This document shows positions 51,735 to 64,000 of a stretch of 64,000 nucleotides of DNA, piece by piece. The DNA is from the human T2T-CHM13v2.0 reference genome, Homo sapiens. The DNA lies in assembly GCF_009914755.1 (NCBI RefSeq), contig NC_060947.1, one strand, 5' to 3'. How positions within the stretch are numbered: position 1 is the stretch's first letter; each line of letters begins with the position of its first letter. Under the pieces are notes generated by a model, which saw only the letters and a list, made by a program, of their open reading frames with translations, ran no database searches and had not been told where the DNA came from. The translations under genes and the position numbers were made by a program.

Positions 51735-52161
51735 TAATATTTATAATATTAATCTATTCCGTCAAATGTCACTGATTATCATCAATACAATTATTGACTA
51801 ACATTCATTGACCATTAAGTAATGGTTTATATGTGTGGAGAAAATTCAGAATATCTTATTTGTGTGCAAGCTACTAACAAATGAATTTCAATGTCTTTAA
51901 CTGGGGTAAATAATGAATATGTGCATTTCTACCTTTGATATGATTATATATATTTATATGTATACAAATGCATACATACGTATGTATGTGTATATATATG
52001 TGTGTGTGTGCCCCTATATTAATATATGTCTTATTGACTATTACAGTCACTTATTTGCATCTAAGAAATCAGGGGAACATTTTTCTATACTTTTTTTTGC
52101 AATAATATTATTTTCTATTTTACAAAACTGATTTATTTTTTGTGGTTAACATTCCAAAGAC

Positions 52162-52440
52162 CCATTTGATCATGATTCCTCTCATATGAGGTACCTAGAA
52201 TAGGCAAATTCATAGAGACAGAAAATAGAGTAGAGATTATTAAAGGTTGGGGAACAGGGGAATGGGAAGTTATTGTTCAGTAGTTAGCAGAGATTCAGTT
52301 TGGGATGATAAAAAAAAGTTCAAGAGATGGATAAAGGTGATGGTAGCACAACATTTTGAATGTATTTAATGCCATTTAATTGTACACTTAAAATTAGTTA
52401 AAATGGTAACTTTTATCTTATATATCTTACCACACAAAAA
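52162..52440 (+). mobile_element. L1MB 3' end
   Basis: atatgaggtacctagaataggcaaattcatagagacagaaa. Confidence 0.8.
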
Positions 52441-52502
52441 AAGATTCATTTGAAAATAAATGGCTGTTCTTAATAGTTTGGAGCATATTTTTAAAATTAT
52501 TT

Positions 52503-52757
52503 GCCAAGTGTGGTGGCTTGCCCCTGTAAACCCATCACTTTGGGAGGCTGAGACGAGAGGACCACTTGAGCCCAGGAGTTTAAGACCAGCCTGGGCAACA
52601 TGGGGAAACCCTATCTCTACAAAAAAATACAAAGAATTAGCTGGGCATGGTGGTGCATGTCTGTAGTTCCTGCTACTCAGGAGGCTGAGGTGGGAGAATC
52701 GCCTGAGCCCAAGAGGTCCAGGCTATGGTAATGAGACTCTCACTCAAAAAAGAAAAA
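52503..52757 (+). mobile_element. AluJ with right-arm deletion
   Basis: Diverged dimer. Confidence 0.88.
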
Positions 52758-53476
52758 TATCATATCAAAGATTTTTTTTTAAAGATCATCTTTTCTCTAC
52801 TTCATGTTGGCTCTCTACTTTGACAGGTATTGATTTTTCTGTAAAACTTTTGAAGCTCAAACCATTATGTCGGCACTTTATATTAACTGCTTTTAGTTTT
52901 GACATCAGCAAAATTGACTGAAAACTCAATATTGCACCTGTTTCAATACAGAGTCTCTGGTGTGGAAAGATTAGCAAGATAAGCTAAAGAAACTTCTATT
53001 GTTCAACTTTATCTTCTCAGTCTCATCAAATCAAAGATTGAAAATGTACTCTAGGAGGATGTATTTCTGGTGAGGTTAGATGACTACACATCTAAAAGTA
53101 AAAGTTTTAAGAGTAAAATATAACATAATAAGGATCTAGAATCTTGAAGAAAGATTCCAACATATTTTATGACAATTAAGTCTCTAGGTACCATTAATAA
53201 AGATGACTGTAACCTCAGAGCTAAAAGCATTTAGTTCATTATTCCATGCAAACTCGTTAAAATATGAAGACTAAACTTAGCATCTAGTGTCACCACTAAA
53301 AACTGTTTAAAACTTATGTGATATTGAGTGAGATACATTTCTTTATGGTTTAATAAGTGAATTAGATGTCTCAGTGTGATGATGCCTATATCTACATGCA
53401 CGTGAATGTGTGTATACATAGATCTATATAATATATATCTATAAATATGTATTTTCATTGGATAGAGAATTATTAA

Positions 53477-53783
<307 letters not shown>

Positions 53784-54327
53784 ATTAAACCAATTTTATA
53801 TATACAGCTCTTATAGTTTTAATTTTATTTTTGCCACTTAGTGGCAAGAAATTTGTTACTTGGTATAAATAAAACCAAGTTGATTTGTTTAAGCAGTAGG
53901 TTCCCATTAGACTTAATGATGTTGTATCATCCCATTATTAATTTGAATAAATTTCTATTATGTTATTTTTCAAAATGAACAACAGTGCATAGAATCAACA
54001 ATTGAGTCACTGCAATAGCAGTATAACCATGCTACTCCTTCAATATGGGAGTTTTTGTTAACAAACTAAACTCTGACAGCTTAATGTATGCAAGATTAAG
54101 AAAAAAAATAAAACCACAAGCTAATTTCTTATTATACTCACTTTGTGTATTATACTTAATGGGGTCTCAGATTTGTTTTTCTTCTTTCCTAGACACCAGA
54201 TTACCAGGAACAGTGAGAACTTAGGTAGAAATGTGGATAATGGTACACTAATAACTAGAGGTTTACAAAATAGGAAAGGTTAAAGGAACTGAGAATATTA
54301 CTATTATTTGGATTTTAAAAAACTCTG

Positions 54328-54627
54328 GGCTGGGCGCATTGGCTCACTCACGACTGTAATCCTAGCACTTTGGGAGGCCGAGGCAGGCAGATCACCTGAG
54401 ATCAGGAGTTCGAGACATGGTGACACCTTGTTTCTACTAAAAATACAAAAATTAGCTGGGTGTGGTGGCACACACCTGTAGTCCCAGCTACTCGGGAAGC
54501 CGAGGCATGAGAATCACTTGAACTTGGGGGGGCAGAGGTTGCAGTGAGCCAAAATCGCGCCACTGCACTCCAGCCTGGGCGACAGAGTTAGACTCCGTCT
54601 CAAAACAAACAAACAAACAAACAACAA
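54328..54627 (+). mobile_element. AluS with (CAAA)n tail
   Basis: Small left-arm deletion. Confidence 0.93.
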
Positions 54628-56153
54628 CGAAAACCTCAATGATGTGCCATAATAAGATGTTAAGTACTGGAAGTGTTCAGAATAATGGAAGAGCAGCAAA
54701 GGGTGACTACATTAAAAATCCAGCAGGTAATGAGTTTCATGAGGATTTACAAATTGTTTTTTAAAAAATATTGATTAAATTTATTGCTCTGTGATTTTAG
54801 CATTTAAGGATAGTTCCTGGAAAAAACAAACAAACAAAAAACACTGCTCAATAATAGGGAAGACTTTTGGTGCTGTATTCTTTGGAGGTTTTAAAAATAT
54901 GACAGAAACCCATTTGAGGCATGTTCAGGCATAGACAAATTGGAGGAAGGTCACTGAGACTCTAGTAATTTTTTTATTATGTTAAAATTTTTATGGTTCA
55001 TTTTTCCTAATATTTTGTAGTTTAAAAAATAGGGAGCAATTTAAAAAATCAAAACATTAGGTTTTGATATGACAGTTTAATAATTACATAAAGGAATTTA
55101 AAATAATGAATGCTATTTTTAAACTGTTCAAACTATTTTAAAGAGCTTCTATTACTCTTACACTATGAAAAGGTCCACTAATTATATCCCAGGGTTAGTT
55201 TTCCCTTGCCTTTATCACAATATTGAAGGCTCTTTCTTGATGATAAAACCAAGAGGTAACTCTTAACTTGCAATTGATGTAGATATTTTGTAACATATAT
55301 TTAGAAGAATTTCTAAAAACTATTTTTGAGAAAACTGCATGAAAATGGAGTTGGTTTTTTTCATGTCAAAATATATAACTTTTGCATCATAAGAGATTTA
55401 ATGTTTTCATTTCTTAAAATGCTTGACCAAGTCTTTTAGTCATTATATTAGCATCTCTTGTTCCATCTGGAGGACCTAAAAATCCAATGAACTGTAAATG
55501 GGCAGTTCAATATGAATATGCAAATTAAAGACATTATGAATTCTATGTAAGATGTAAAGAAGTAGCTTACTCTGTGCCTTAATTAGAAGACCTTACTGTA
55601 TATTTCTTTATCATTTGTTGGGTTGATCATCGGGTTCCACTCCAACATATCCACCAGGAATTCTGGTATATAAATGGCATCAAAGATTGTTTACAAATAT
55701 CGTGGACAATGTCTCAAGTGATAATTGCAATATGTTTCTCAGGGAAGAAAAAAATACAACTTTTGTGAATATTATTTTTAAAACAGAAATGCTGTATATA
55801 GTCACTACTGTCTTCTGATGGTAATGATAGAAATTTTGGAACCTTTAATGAGTACTTATTGTTAAAGTTCCATTAGATAATTATGTTCTGTTTACATACT
55901 GCCATCATTTGAAGAACATATTTGCTTTATTCACCAAATCTTGAAGCATACTCTACACATGAATTTAAATGCTACTATTTCTATTACCCACCCTCAGAGT
56001 CTTCTAATTTCTAATATTTACTTAAATATTTTGGTTTTCAAAATTTTACCTATGATTATAAAGCACACACTGAGCTTTTATTTTAAAATTGAGGCTTGTG
56101 CTGTCAATTTAAGGATGAGAGAAGCACAGAGAAACGTGTTCTTTTTAAAAAAG

Positions 56154-56186
<33 letters not shown>

Positions 56187-56204
<18 letters not shown>

Positions 56205-56488
56205 TGAGATGGAGTCTTGCTCTGTCGCCCAGGCTGGAGTGCAGTGGCATGATCTCGGCTCACTGCAACCTCTGCCTCCCAGGTTTCAAGCGATTCTTCT
56301 GCTTCAGCCTCCTGAGTAGCTGGGATTACAGGCCCACGCCACCACGCCCCACTAATTTTTGTATTTTTTTAGTAGAGATGGGGTTTCACCATGTTGGTCA
56401 GGCTGGACTCAAACTCCTGACCTCCTGATCTGCCCACCTCAGCCTCCCAAAGTGCTGGGATTACAGGCGTGAGCCACTGCGCCCGGCC
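56187..56488 (-). mobile_element. AluS preceded by (AT)n at 56156-56187
   Basis: Full dimer. Confidence 0.95.
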
Positions 56489-57386
56489 AAAAAAATAAAA
56501 TATATTTTAAACCTTTAAAAGCAAACTTGGTTATCAATGTATCATGTTTCTGTGTATCAACTTTTATAAGTCCACTACTCAAAATGTAACCTGAAAACAG
56601 AATTTTTCCAATTAGATATTGTTGCTATGGCGTAATTGAGCTAGTTAATGATATAACTCTTTCAGAATAATAAGTCAATAATAGTTATCAGCACCAAACA
56701 TGAAGGAAGTGAAGTAGAAGATATATGAAAAATAACCATTAATATTAAAACAATATATTATGGGGGCAGCAAATAGGTAGTAAGCTATTTACTATTCATT
56801 AGTTGGTTATGACATTGCTAAAATTAAATTAAAACAAAAGGTGAATACAAATACAATGAAGTAGTTTGGATGATGTTTTCCATTTGGGGTATATAATCAG
56901 ATCATTTTATGTTAATCTAATTTGTCTTTGAGTTAAATAAACCCAATAGTGTTGACCTGCCTTTTCATGTGTCATTTTTTCAACATTGTCGTTTGATAAA
57001 CATTTAGTAAGAAATAAAATTACACTCAGAGCAATAATTTTATACTTTCGCAAGCTATTTATAAAATCTAATTGTATAAATGAATGTGTTCTTTAAAGAT
57101 CTGTATTTGTTGTTTATGATGAAGTTAAGAAGTTATAGCTACTTCTGGTGCTGTTCAAAATGAAGATTGGAAATAATACAGTGAAGTAGATCTTTAACCC
57201 AGATAGTTTGAGATGCACTCTTCTGGATGGCGGATGAAGGACTGAAACAAAGGCCAGGCAGTTAGTTTGCAGAAAAGAAATATGTAGGAAGTAAGACAAA
57301 ATAATTAATTACATATACGTAATGACATATACTTCTTCTCATTCAAATAATCTCTAGTCATTAATTCCAGGAAAATTACTCAGATA

Positions 57387-57726
<340 letters not shown>

Positions 57727-57912
57727 TAACATTCAGAGTTCTAGAGCATAATTACAGAGTATTTCAACAATGCTCAGTTAGTAGTGGTTAAATCTTCCAC
57801 TTCAGTGCAGCTGTTGCTCTGTCATGTAAACATACCAAATGTACCTTCAATAGGAGTTTAAGATTTTTTTTATATGTATTTCTGTACTTTGGAAATAGTT
57901 TCTAGTGGGTGG

Positions 57913-58322
57913 GTGTGGCAGAGGAGACTCTTGTTGGTTAGTATAGAGCTGTTGCTGTGGAGCAGCTGCTCAGCCAGAAATTCAATTTCCCAGCCCCTCT
58001 TGCTTCTAGGTGGAACCATGTGACTAGTTCTTATCAATGAGTATAAGGGAAGGAATGTCATTTCTGAGCCAATGTAATGACGAAGTAGATATGCTTTTTC
58101 CCTGTCTTTCTTTCTCCATCAATTACTGGATGCAGACAATGGCAAGGTTTTAACAGATGGAAGGTGCCCAGGTCTCTAAATCACATAATGGGGGGAATTT
58201 GGTCACTGACCAGAAAGACTGTCATTGAATGACTTCAGGAGTGAAAAATGAGTCTCAGTTAAATTAAATCACTGAAATGGTGAGGTTTACTTGAATGGCA
58301 GAAAGCCTTACCCTAAATAGCA
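57913..58322 (+). mobile_element. MLT1 (J-like) LTR
   Basis: atttcccagcccctcttgc...ccatgtgactagttct motif. Confidence 0.65.
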
Positions 58323-59193
58323 GTGTTAGGCAAGTTTTACCAATGCAAAGTCATTTGAATAAAAGAGAAATTTATTGTAAAGTCACAAATGGTCTAGAAC
58401 TGAAACTGCTAAGCTACACAGCTGCCACTTTCCTGTTTGAATGCTTCTTTCTACACGGTTTCTCCATCTGCTATGCACTTACCAGATCTCTGAATGTTCA
58501 GTCTATACATTTTTCAACAGCCAAATCAAAAACCCATCTCTTCTGGTCAACCTTCAGTCCTCTCTCCTAGATCTGGACAGTCCCATTTTCCTTAGTGGTC
58601 AGTTTGCTTTTTGACACTTTTTTCTTTCCCCTCCACAGTGATTTGGCCAATTGGATATATTCCTACTCTTTCACACTAGCCTGTAAGGCCCTCGAGCCAC
58701 GACTTTGTCTTCAGCATTATTTAGCATAGAGAGAAAAGATGATTAATAAGTACTTTTGAAATGTTTAATAAGCAAAAGCTGAGTTGGGAATGTATTTTAG
58801 AAATATATGCTATTGTAGATAGCTAAATGTGATTTTAGTCTTTATCACAAACTTCTTAGTAATTATTTGAGAGCTTTCAGCATATTTATAAAAATAATTT
58901 AAAATATAACTATTTTACTTGAAAGTCTTTGTATATTCATTGTTCTTGAATTAGTAGGTAATAATCCTAATGAGCCATAACAACTGTTCTCTCTTCAAAA
59001 TAATTCTGATGATAGGGTTTTCTTCTTAAGTCAGCACAAAATTTATTCTTTATATAGGGTCAATTGAAGTGTTTTTAAAAGCATGCACAGCTCTGGTAAT
59101 TCATTCATAAAACACAGGAAAATGTTTTAAAGTCAAAAGCTTCAAAAAGATTCACAATGTGAAAAACATAAATTAGAACATTAAGGAAACTTG

Positions 59194-59555
59194 TGTTGTA
59201 GGACTTTTTCCTTAGTTCAGCTAGAAACCAGGTTCTTGTCACATGACCAGGAAAGATTAGGTTCCTAGACACAGTAGAAGGGTGGGAAAAATGGAATTTA
59301 TTGGGCAAAAAGGAAAAAGGAAAAACAACACAGCAAAGTGAGATGGGGTCCTGCTAAGGGGCTCTCCACCTCACCAAACGAATCCCAGGGTTACCACCCC
59401 AGAACAGGAGAGGCCAGGCTCCTCCCCGCTGCAAAGGGCATGAACTTCCCTCATCTCCACACTCCCACACATACCCCCACCCCTGTTCTCCCAGTTTGCA
59501 GGCCAGTTGTAGGTTCTCCAAGAACCCCTTTCTCCTTTATTACTTGGCTGTCTCA
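59194..59555 (-). mobile_element. ERV1 solo LTR (MER61-like)
   Basis: TG...CA termini, rc start TGAGACAGCCAAGTA, near-TSD cttg/ctta. Confidence 0.75.
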
Positions 59556-59948
59556 CTTAGAAGACTGATGCTAGCAAAAAACATACACAGGAAAAATAAG
59601 AGAGTAACAGAAAAAAAAATCTGGCAAAGAAGGCAGAAGGGAAAGAGACTAAGCCATAAGAGAGAGAGAGAAAAAAAAAATCTCTGGTCTGGGAAGGGCA
59701 TATTTTCTAAGCATTAGTGTGTAAGATGGAGAAGCAACTCATTAAGCTGTCCTTTAATGTAGTATTATCCATAATAGTACAATATGAGAAACAACTCAAA
59801 TTCCCCAAAAATGATACAGAATGGATTTTATAAATCACGTAAGCCAGTGCCATAGAAAAGAGTCTGAATTCGAGTGGTGTGACTTCAGTTATAGTCCTGT
59901 TTGCAGCCTGGTACAGGACTTAGGCAAATATTTTAATTCTTACTTGTA

Positions 59949-60488
59949 TGTTTGGGAGGCAAGGTAAAGACTTCGCCTTCACCCTCTGAAGATACCCTGA
60001 AAAATCAACTCACAGAAAGCAGATTAATTGGAAAAAAGACATATACATTTATTAACGTGTGCATGAGGAGAACCAGGGTGGTTACCCATCTTGCCAGTGG
60101 AGTTCAGAAGCTTATATGCCATCCTGGTCAAACAGGTTATGGGAGTGGAGAGAAGAGGAATTTTGGTGAGGGACAATAAAGGATCCTTAGGGAGAACAGA
60201 ACCCATCTGGGAGCAGAGATTAATTAAGTTGTAAATAGTTCTCTTTGGAATTTGAATGAGCCTGAGAGACAGGTTAGTCTTCCACAGAGGGGAAGAAACA
60301 ACAGTTATCCTTTTTGGTGAGTTTGGACTTTAGACATATAAAAGAACTTCAAAGAACAGCTTCCTCCTGGCTTGAGAGAGTCATTTGCGGGCGGGGAGAG
60401 GGAGGGAATCAGAGAGGCTATGAGACTGCTTTTTCAGTTCAGCATGTTAAAGTGCCATATTTGGGGTATCGGTTTTTGAACCCCATCA
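59949..60488 (-). mobile_element. ERV1 LTR (MER31/MER67 group)
   Basis: rc start TGATGGGGTTCAAAAACCGATACCCCAAATATGGCAC. Confidence 0.7.
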
Positions 60489-60876
60489 TAGGCTACAGAA
60501 CCCTACAGTTCCTTTCAAGGCTGAAAGTTTCTAATACAGTAAAGTGTTTAAAAGTTTACACTATTCTGATTTTAGCAGATTTCCCAAATGGTATATCTCT
60601 TCATAGTGTTAGGTAAGGCAGAAAGCTATTCTTTAAAGAGCAAATCTCTGAAAGCTAATGATGCCTGGGTTGCAATCTAAATGATATTTTTTTCTTTTTC
60701 TAAAATGCCAAGGGCAAGTTGACTTTTAGAGTTAATTTCTTTCATTTATATAAAATGGTAATGAGAGTTAAATTATATTTAGGCACCTGGTACATTACCT
60801 AGCCTGTAATAAACTCTCTGTAAATGCTTGTTTCCTCCCTCTGTTGCATTAAAACAACTACAAGATGAAAAACCTA

Positions 60877-61535
60877 TGTAAACCAAAAATAAAATTCTAA
60901 GCCCCACAACCAACAGAATGGACCCCTCCTTTCGGCCAAGAGCATTATAAAGGAAACCTGAAATATTAGTTCAGGCCTTGATGAAATGGATGGTTGGATA
61001 TGCCTCATTATACTTTCCTCCCTTTGATATTTAGGCTAACCAGCATTAGCATTAAAACAGAGACCTGAAGACTGACAGAACTAGACTCTTTAAGCCTGAT
61101 AAGAAACATTTACAACTGATTCCCTCTAAAGCCTGCTACCTGGAGGCTTCATCTGCATAATAAGAATTTGGGTCTCTATAATCCCTTATCTTAACCCAGA
61201 CATTCCTTCTATTGATTCCAAGTCTTAGATAAATTCTTTCCACCAATTGCTAATCACAAAATCTTTGAATCCACCTACTACCTGGAAGCACCCCCACAAC
61301 ACACACACAATGGCTTCAAGTTGTCCTGCCTTTCTGGACCAAACCAAAGTACATTTTCCATTTATCGATTTATGTCTTTTGTCTCCCTAAAACGTATAAA
61401 GCCAAGCTGTAGCCCAACCACCTTGGGCATGTATTGTCAGGATGTCCTGAGGTTGTGTCATGGACATGTCCTCAACCTTGGCAAAAGAAACTTCTAAATT
61501 GATTGAGACTTGTCTCAGATACTTTTTGGTTTACA
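60877..61535 (+). mobile_element. MER4-family ERV1 solo LTR
   Basis: TGTAAACCAAAAATAAAATTCTAAGCCCC...TTTTTGGTTTACA termini. Confidence 0.88.
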
Positions 61536-62234
61536 ACTGAAAACAATATAGGTTAGCTATACATCTATTCTGGTGTCAACGCCAGAATAGTTTGTCACAG
61601 TCAAATTTTATTACTGTGATTCAAACCATGGTAAAATTATAACTTAAATTTTATAAGATAGATAAAAACAATTCAATTAATATTCCCTGGTTAGTTTCAG
61701 TCATAATGATTATATAAGTTGGGTATTCTCAATTACATGAGCATCTCTTTAAGGCAGATGAGAATTTGATGATGTTAATCATGATGATGATTACTAGCAT
61801 TTATTGAATGTCTACTATATGCACCACTCTAAGCACCTTGCATATACTATCTAATTTAAACTGGCTCATAGATGACATACTAGTTTAGAGTGTACTATTT
61901 GTTGACTGCATTTTACCCTGTACTTCAATTTGATAGACAGTGTAGATGTACTAAATTCATTCTTCATTCCCTTTACAAAAATTGACTGAGTTCTTATTGA
62001 TGTGCTGTCCTGGACAGTGTGAAAAATCAAAGGATGAATCAGGCAGAGACCTCTTCGAGCAGATATTATTGAGCAGAAGAGGTAAATTATGCACACAATA
62101 GGGTGCAAGATGAAAAGTGGTATGAGATGAATGATCATAAAGGGTGGTGGGAATTCTGAGATGATCATGAAAAGTTTCCTGCCCAAGTGGAATTTGAATT
62201 TGTCCTTGAAAGAGAGTGAAATCTGGACTGGGAA

Positions 62235-62818
62235 TGTCAAATTAAAAATAAAAATCCAGACTTTGTAAGGTGGGGAGACTATTGCAATTGGGAAGCTACT
62301 CTAACTATAAGATCTACAAGCCTTTCAAAGTTAGGCAAAAGGATTTTTCTTTCATAGGGAAGAGTTAACAAGGCTGGAAAGAAAAAAAAAAAGCAGATGT
62401 AGGGAAGTGGGATGAAAAGGAGTGGCAAGATGTGACAGTGGACCCCAGAATATTTAATCCTAAAGCCAGTATAGTCTCTGGAAGGGGGCTATTAAGAGGG
62501 ATTGTATGTTGCCTCAGGCTAAGGTGGTGCAAAGCTCAGGGATCTAGAGGAAGGACAGAATGTTAACCGTCTTTCTTTAAGAAGCATTATATTCTGATTG
62601 ATCACTTGGGGCAAAACAGTTCATAATTATCTATGAGGCAAAGAGTGGGAATTTTGAGTCTTTTTGTATGGCCCTGTCATAGGCAAGCCAGGGGAACAAC
62701 TGTGAAGCAGGGTGGTTCTGTGCAGTAAGCCATTTCCCAAAACACAAAAGGATGTGGGGATTTATTAAACTTCACTGTTTTCCAAGATCATTGGTCTTGG
62801 GTAAAGTTCAACATTGTC
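62235..62818 (-). mobile_element. ERV1 LTR (MER89/MER90/MER110 group)
   Basis: rc start ACAATGTTGAACTTTACCC...GGAAAACAG. Confidence 0.6.
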
Positions 62819-62929
62819 TTGGGTATGGGAGGAAAACTCAGTTAGGACTTCTTAAAGAAAGAGATATTCATGGGAAGGTTTCGTTTAGCTGGGATGTTGA
62901 CATTATGAAGGAACGCACTAATAAATGAT

Positions 62930-63130
62930 GATGGTTACCCTTTTTGAACTGCCAGTTCCTTTTCTAAAGTTAAAAACTATCAGTTCATTTAATCTTCACA
63001 GTCATCTGATGATACAGTTACAATTATCCTCCCCATTTTACAGACAAAGAATCTGAATCCCTCAGAGTTTAAGTCACTTGATGATACTCCTAGTAAGAAG
63101 TACAACAGGGACTCCAACTTATGAAGCCAC
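62930..63130 (-). mobile_element. MIR
   Basis: ccccattttacagacaaagaatctga...tttaagtcacttg. Confidence 0.75.
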
Positions 63131-63571
63131 TGTAAGCCTGACAGAGCCATTTTAGCCTCTTTTCATGACTTCAGACTTTCCCTTTATACCAAAGGGAATG
63201 GAATAAAACTGCTTGGACAAGAGCAAGAAGACATGCATCCATTTTTCACATTCCAAAATAATGGACTCCAACACATACACATAAGAGAAGCAGCTGGACA
63301 TAGAAGAACTTAGAAAAACAGAAAGTCCAAGTTTGGATATGGTGCACAAGAAACAACAGCAGCCAATGGAGCTTGACAAAGCAGAGTGGCGATAACAGGA
63401 AAGGTTCTGAGGGCAGGGAACAAAACAATGGAGCTAGTCAAGACAGAAGGGCCCACTGTTTGTCTGCTTTCTGTTTTTTTTGAGAATGAGGATGGGGTGG
63501 AGATTAGGGTTAAATTTAACACTGTTATCTTTGTAGGCCCAGGTTTCTCTGGTTCATATCTCTGTCAATGA

Positions 63572-63936
<365 letters not shown>

Positions 63937-64000
63937 GGATTAGCTTTTAAGAGCAACCCTGAGCTACCCTGAAGACATCTCAACTAGTACAGTTTAGCCC

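Noticed and set aside
61462-61471. p53 site GGACATGTCC in the MER4 LTR
   Set aside because: Only a single half-site, with no adjacent second decamer.
63150-63460. Purine-rich exon-like stretch (EKQLDIEELRKTES...)
   Set aside because: A short open frame with no recognisable homology and no convincing splice sites.

Overview
Primate (human-like) AT-rich genomic DNA. I identify it as part of the X-linked IL1RAPL1 gene (+ strand). Two coding exons translate to the IL1RAPL1 Ig-domain region: 34323-34509 and 37220-37373, exons 4 and 5 by recalled numbering. The rest is intronic: about 33 Alu elements, a near-full-length old L1PA (about 9.5-17.9 kb, - strand) nested in an L1MA, other L1/L2/MIR relics, MER2/MER33/MADE1 DNA transposons, and MaLR and ERV1 solo LTRs. 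Nearly all ORFs in the supplied track are repeat-derived or chance. The most notable non-routine signals are: (1) a decayed antisense processed pseudogene of SUPT20H (C-terminal polyQ region, 6853-7668); (2) a ~1.4 kb polyadenylated non-L1 insert inside the L1 ORF2 (12353-13788) whose polyA signal comes from an Alu tail; (3) a 32-bp-arm hairpin with a duplicated arm (29601-29712); (4) a perfect 70-bp tandem duplication upstream of exon 4; (5) an internally expanded MADE1; and (6) inverted Alus flanking exons 4-5. I see no evidence for a novel multi-gene system. Repeat subfamily names and homologies come from recalled consensus sequences, not database searches, and repeat boundaries are approximate.
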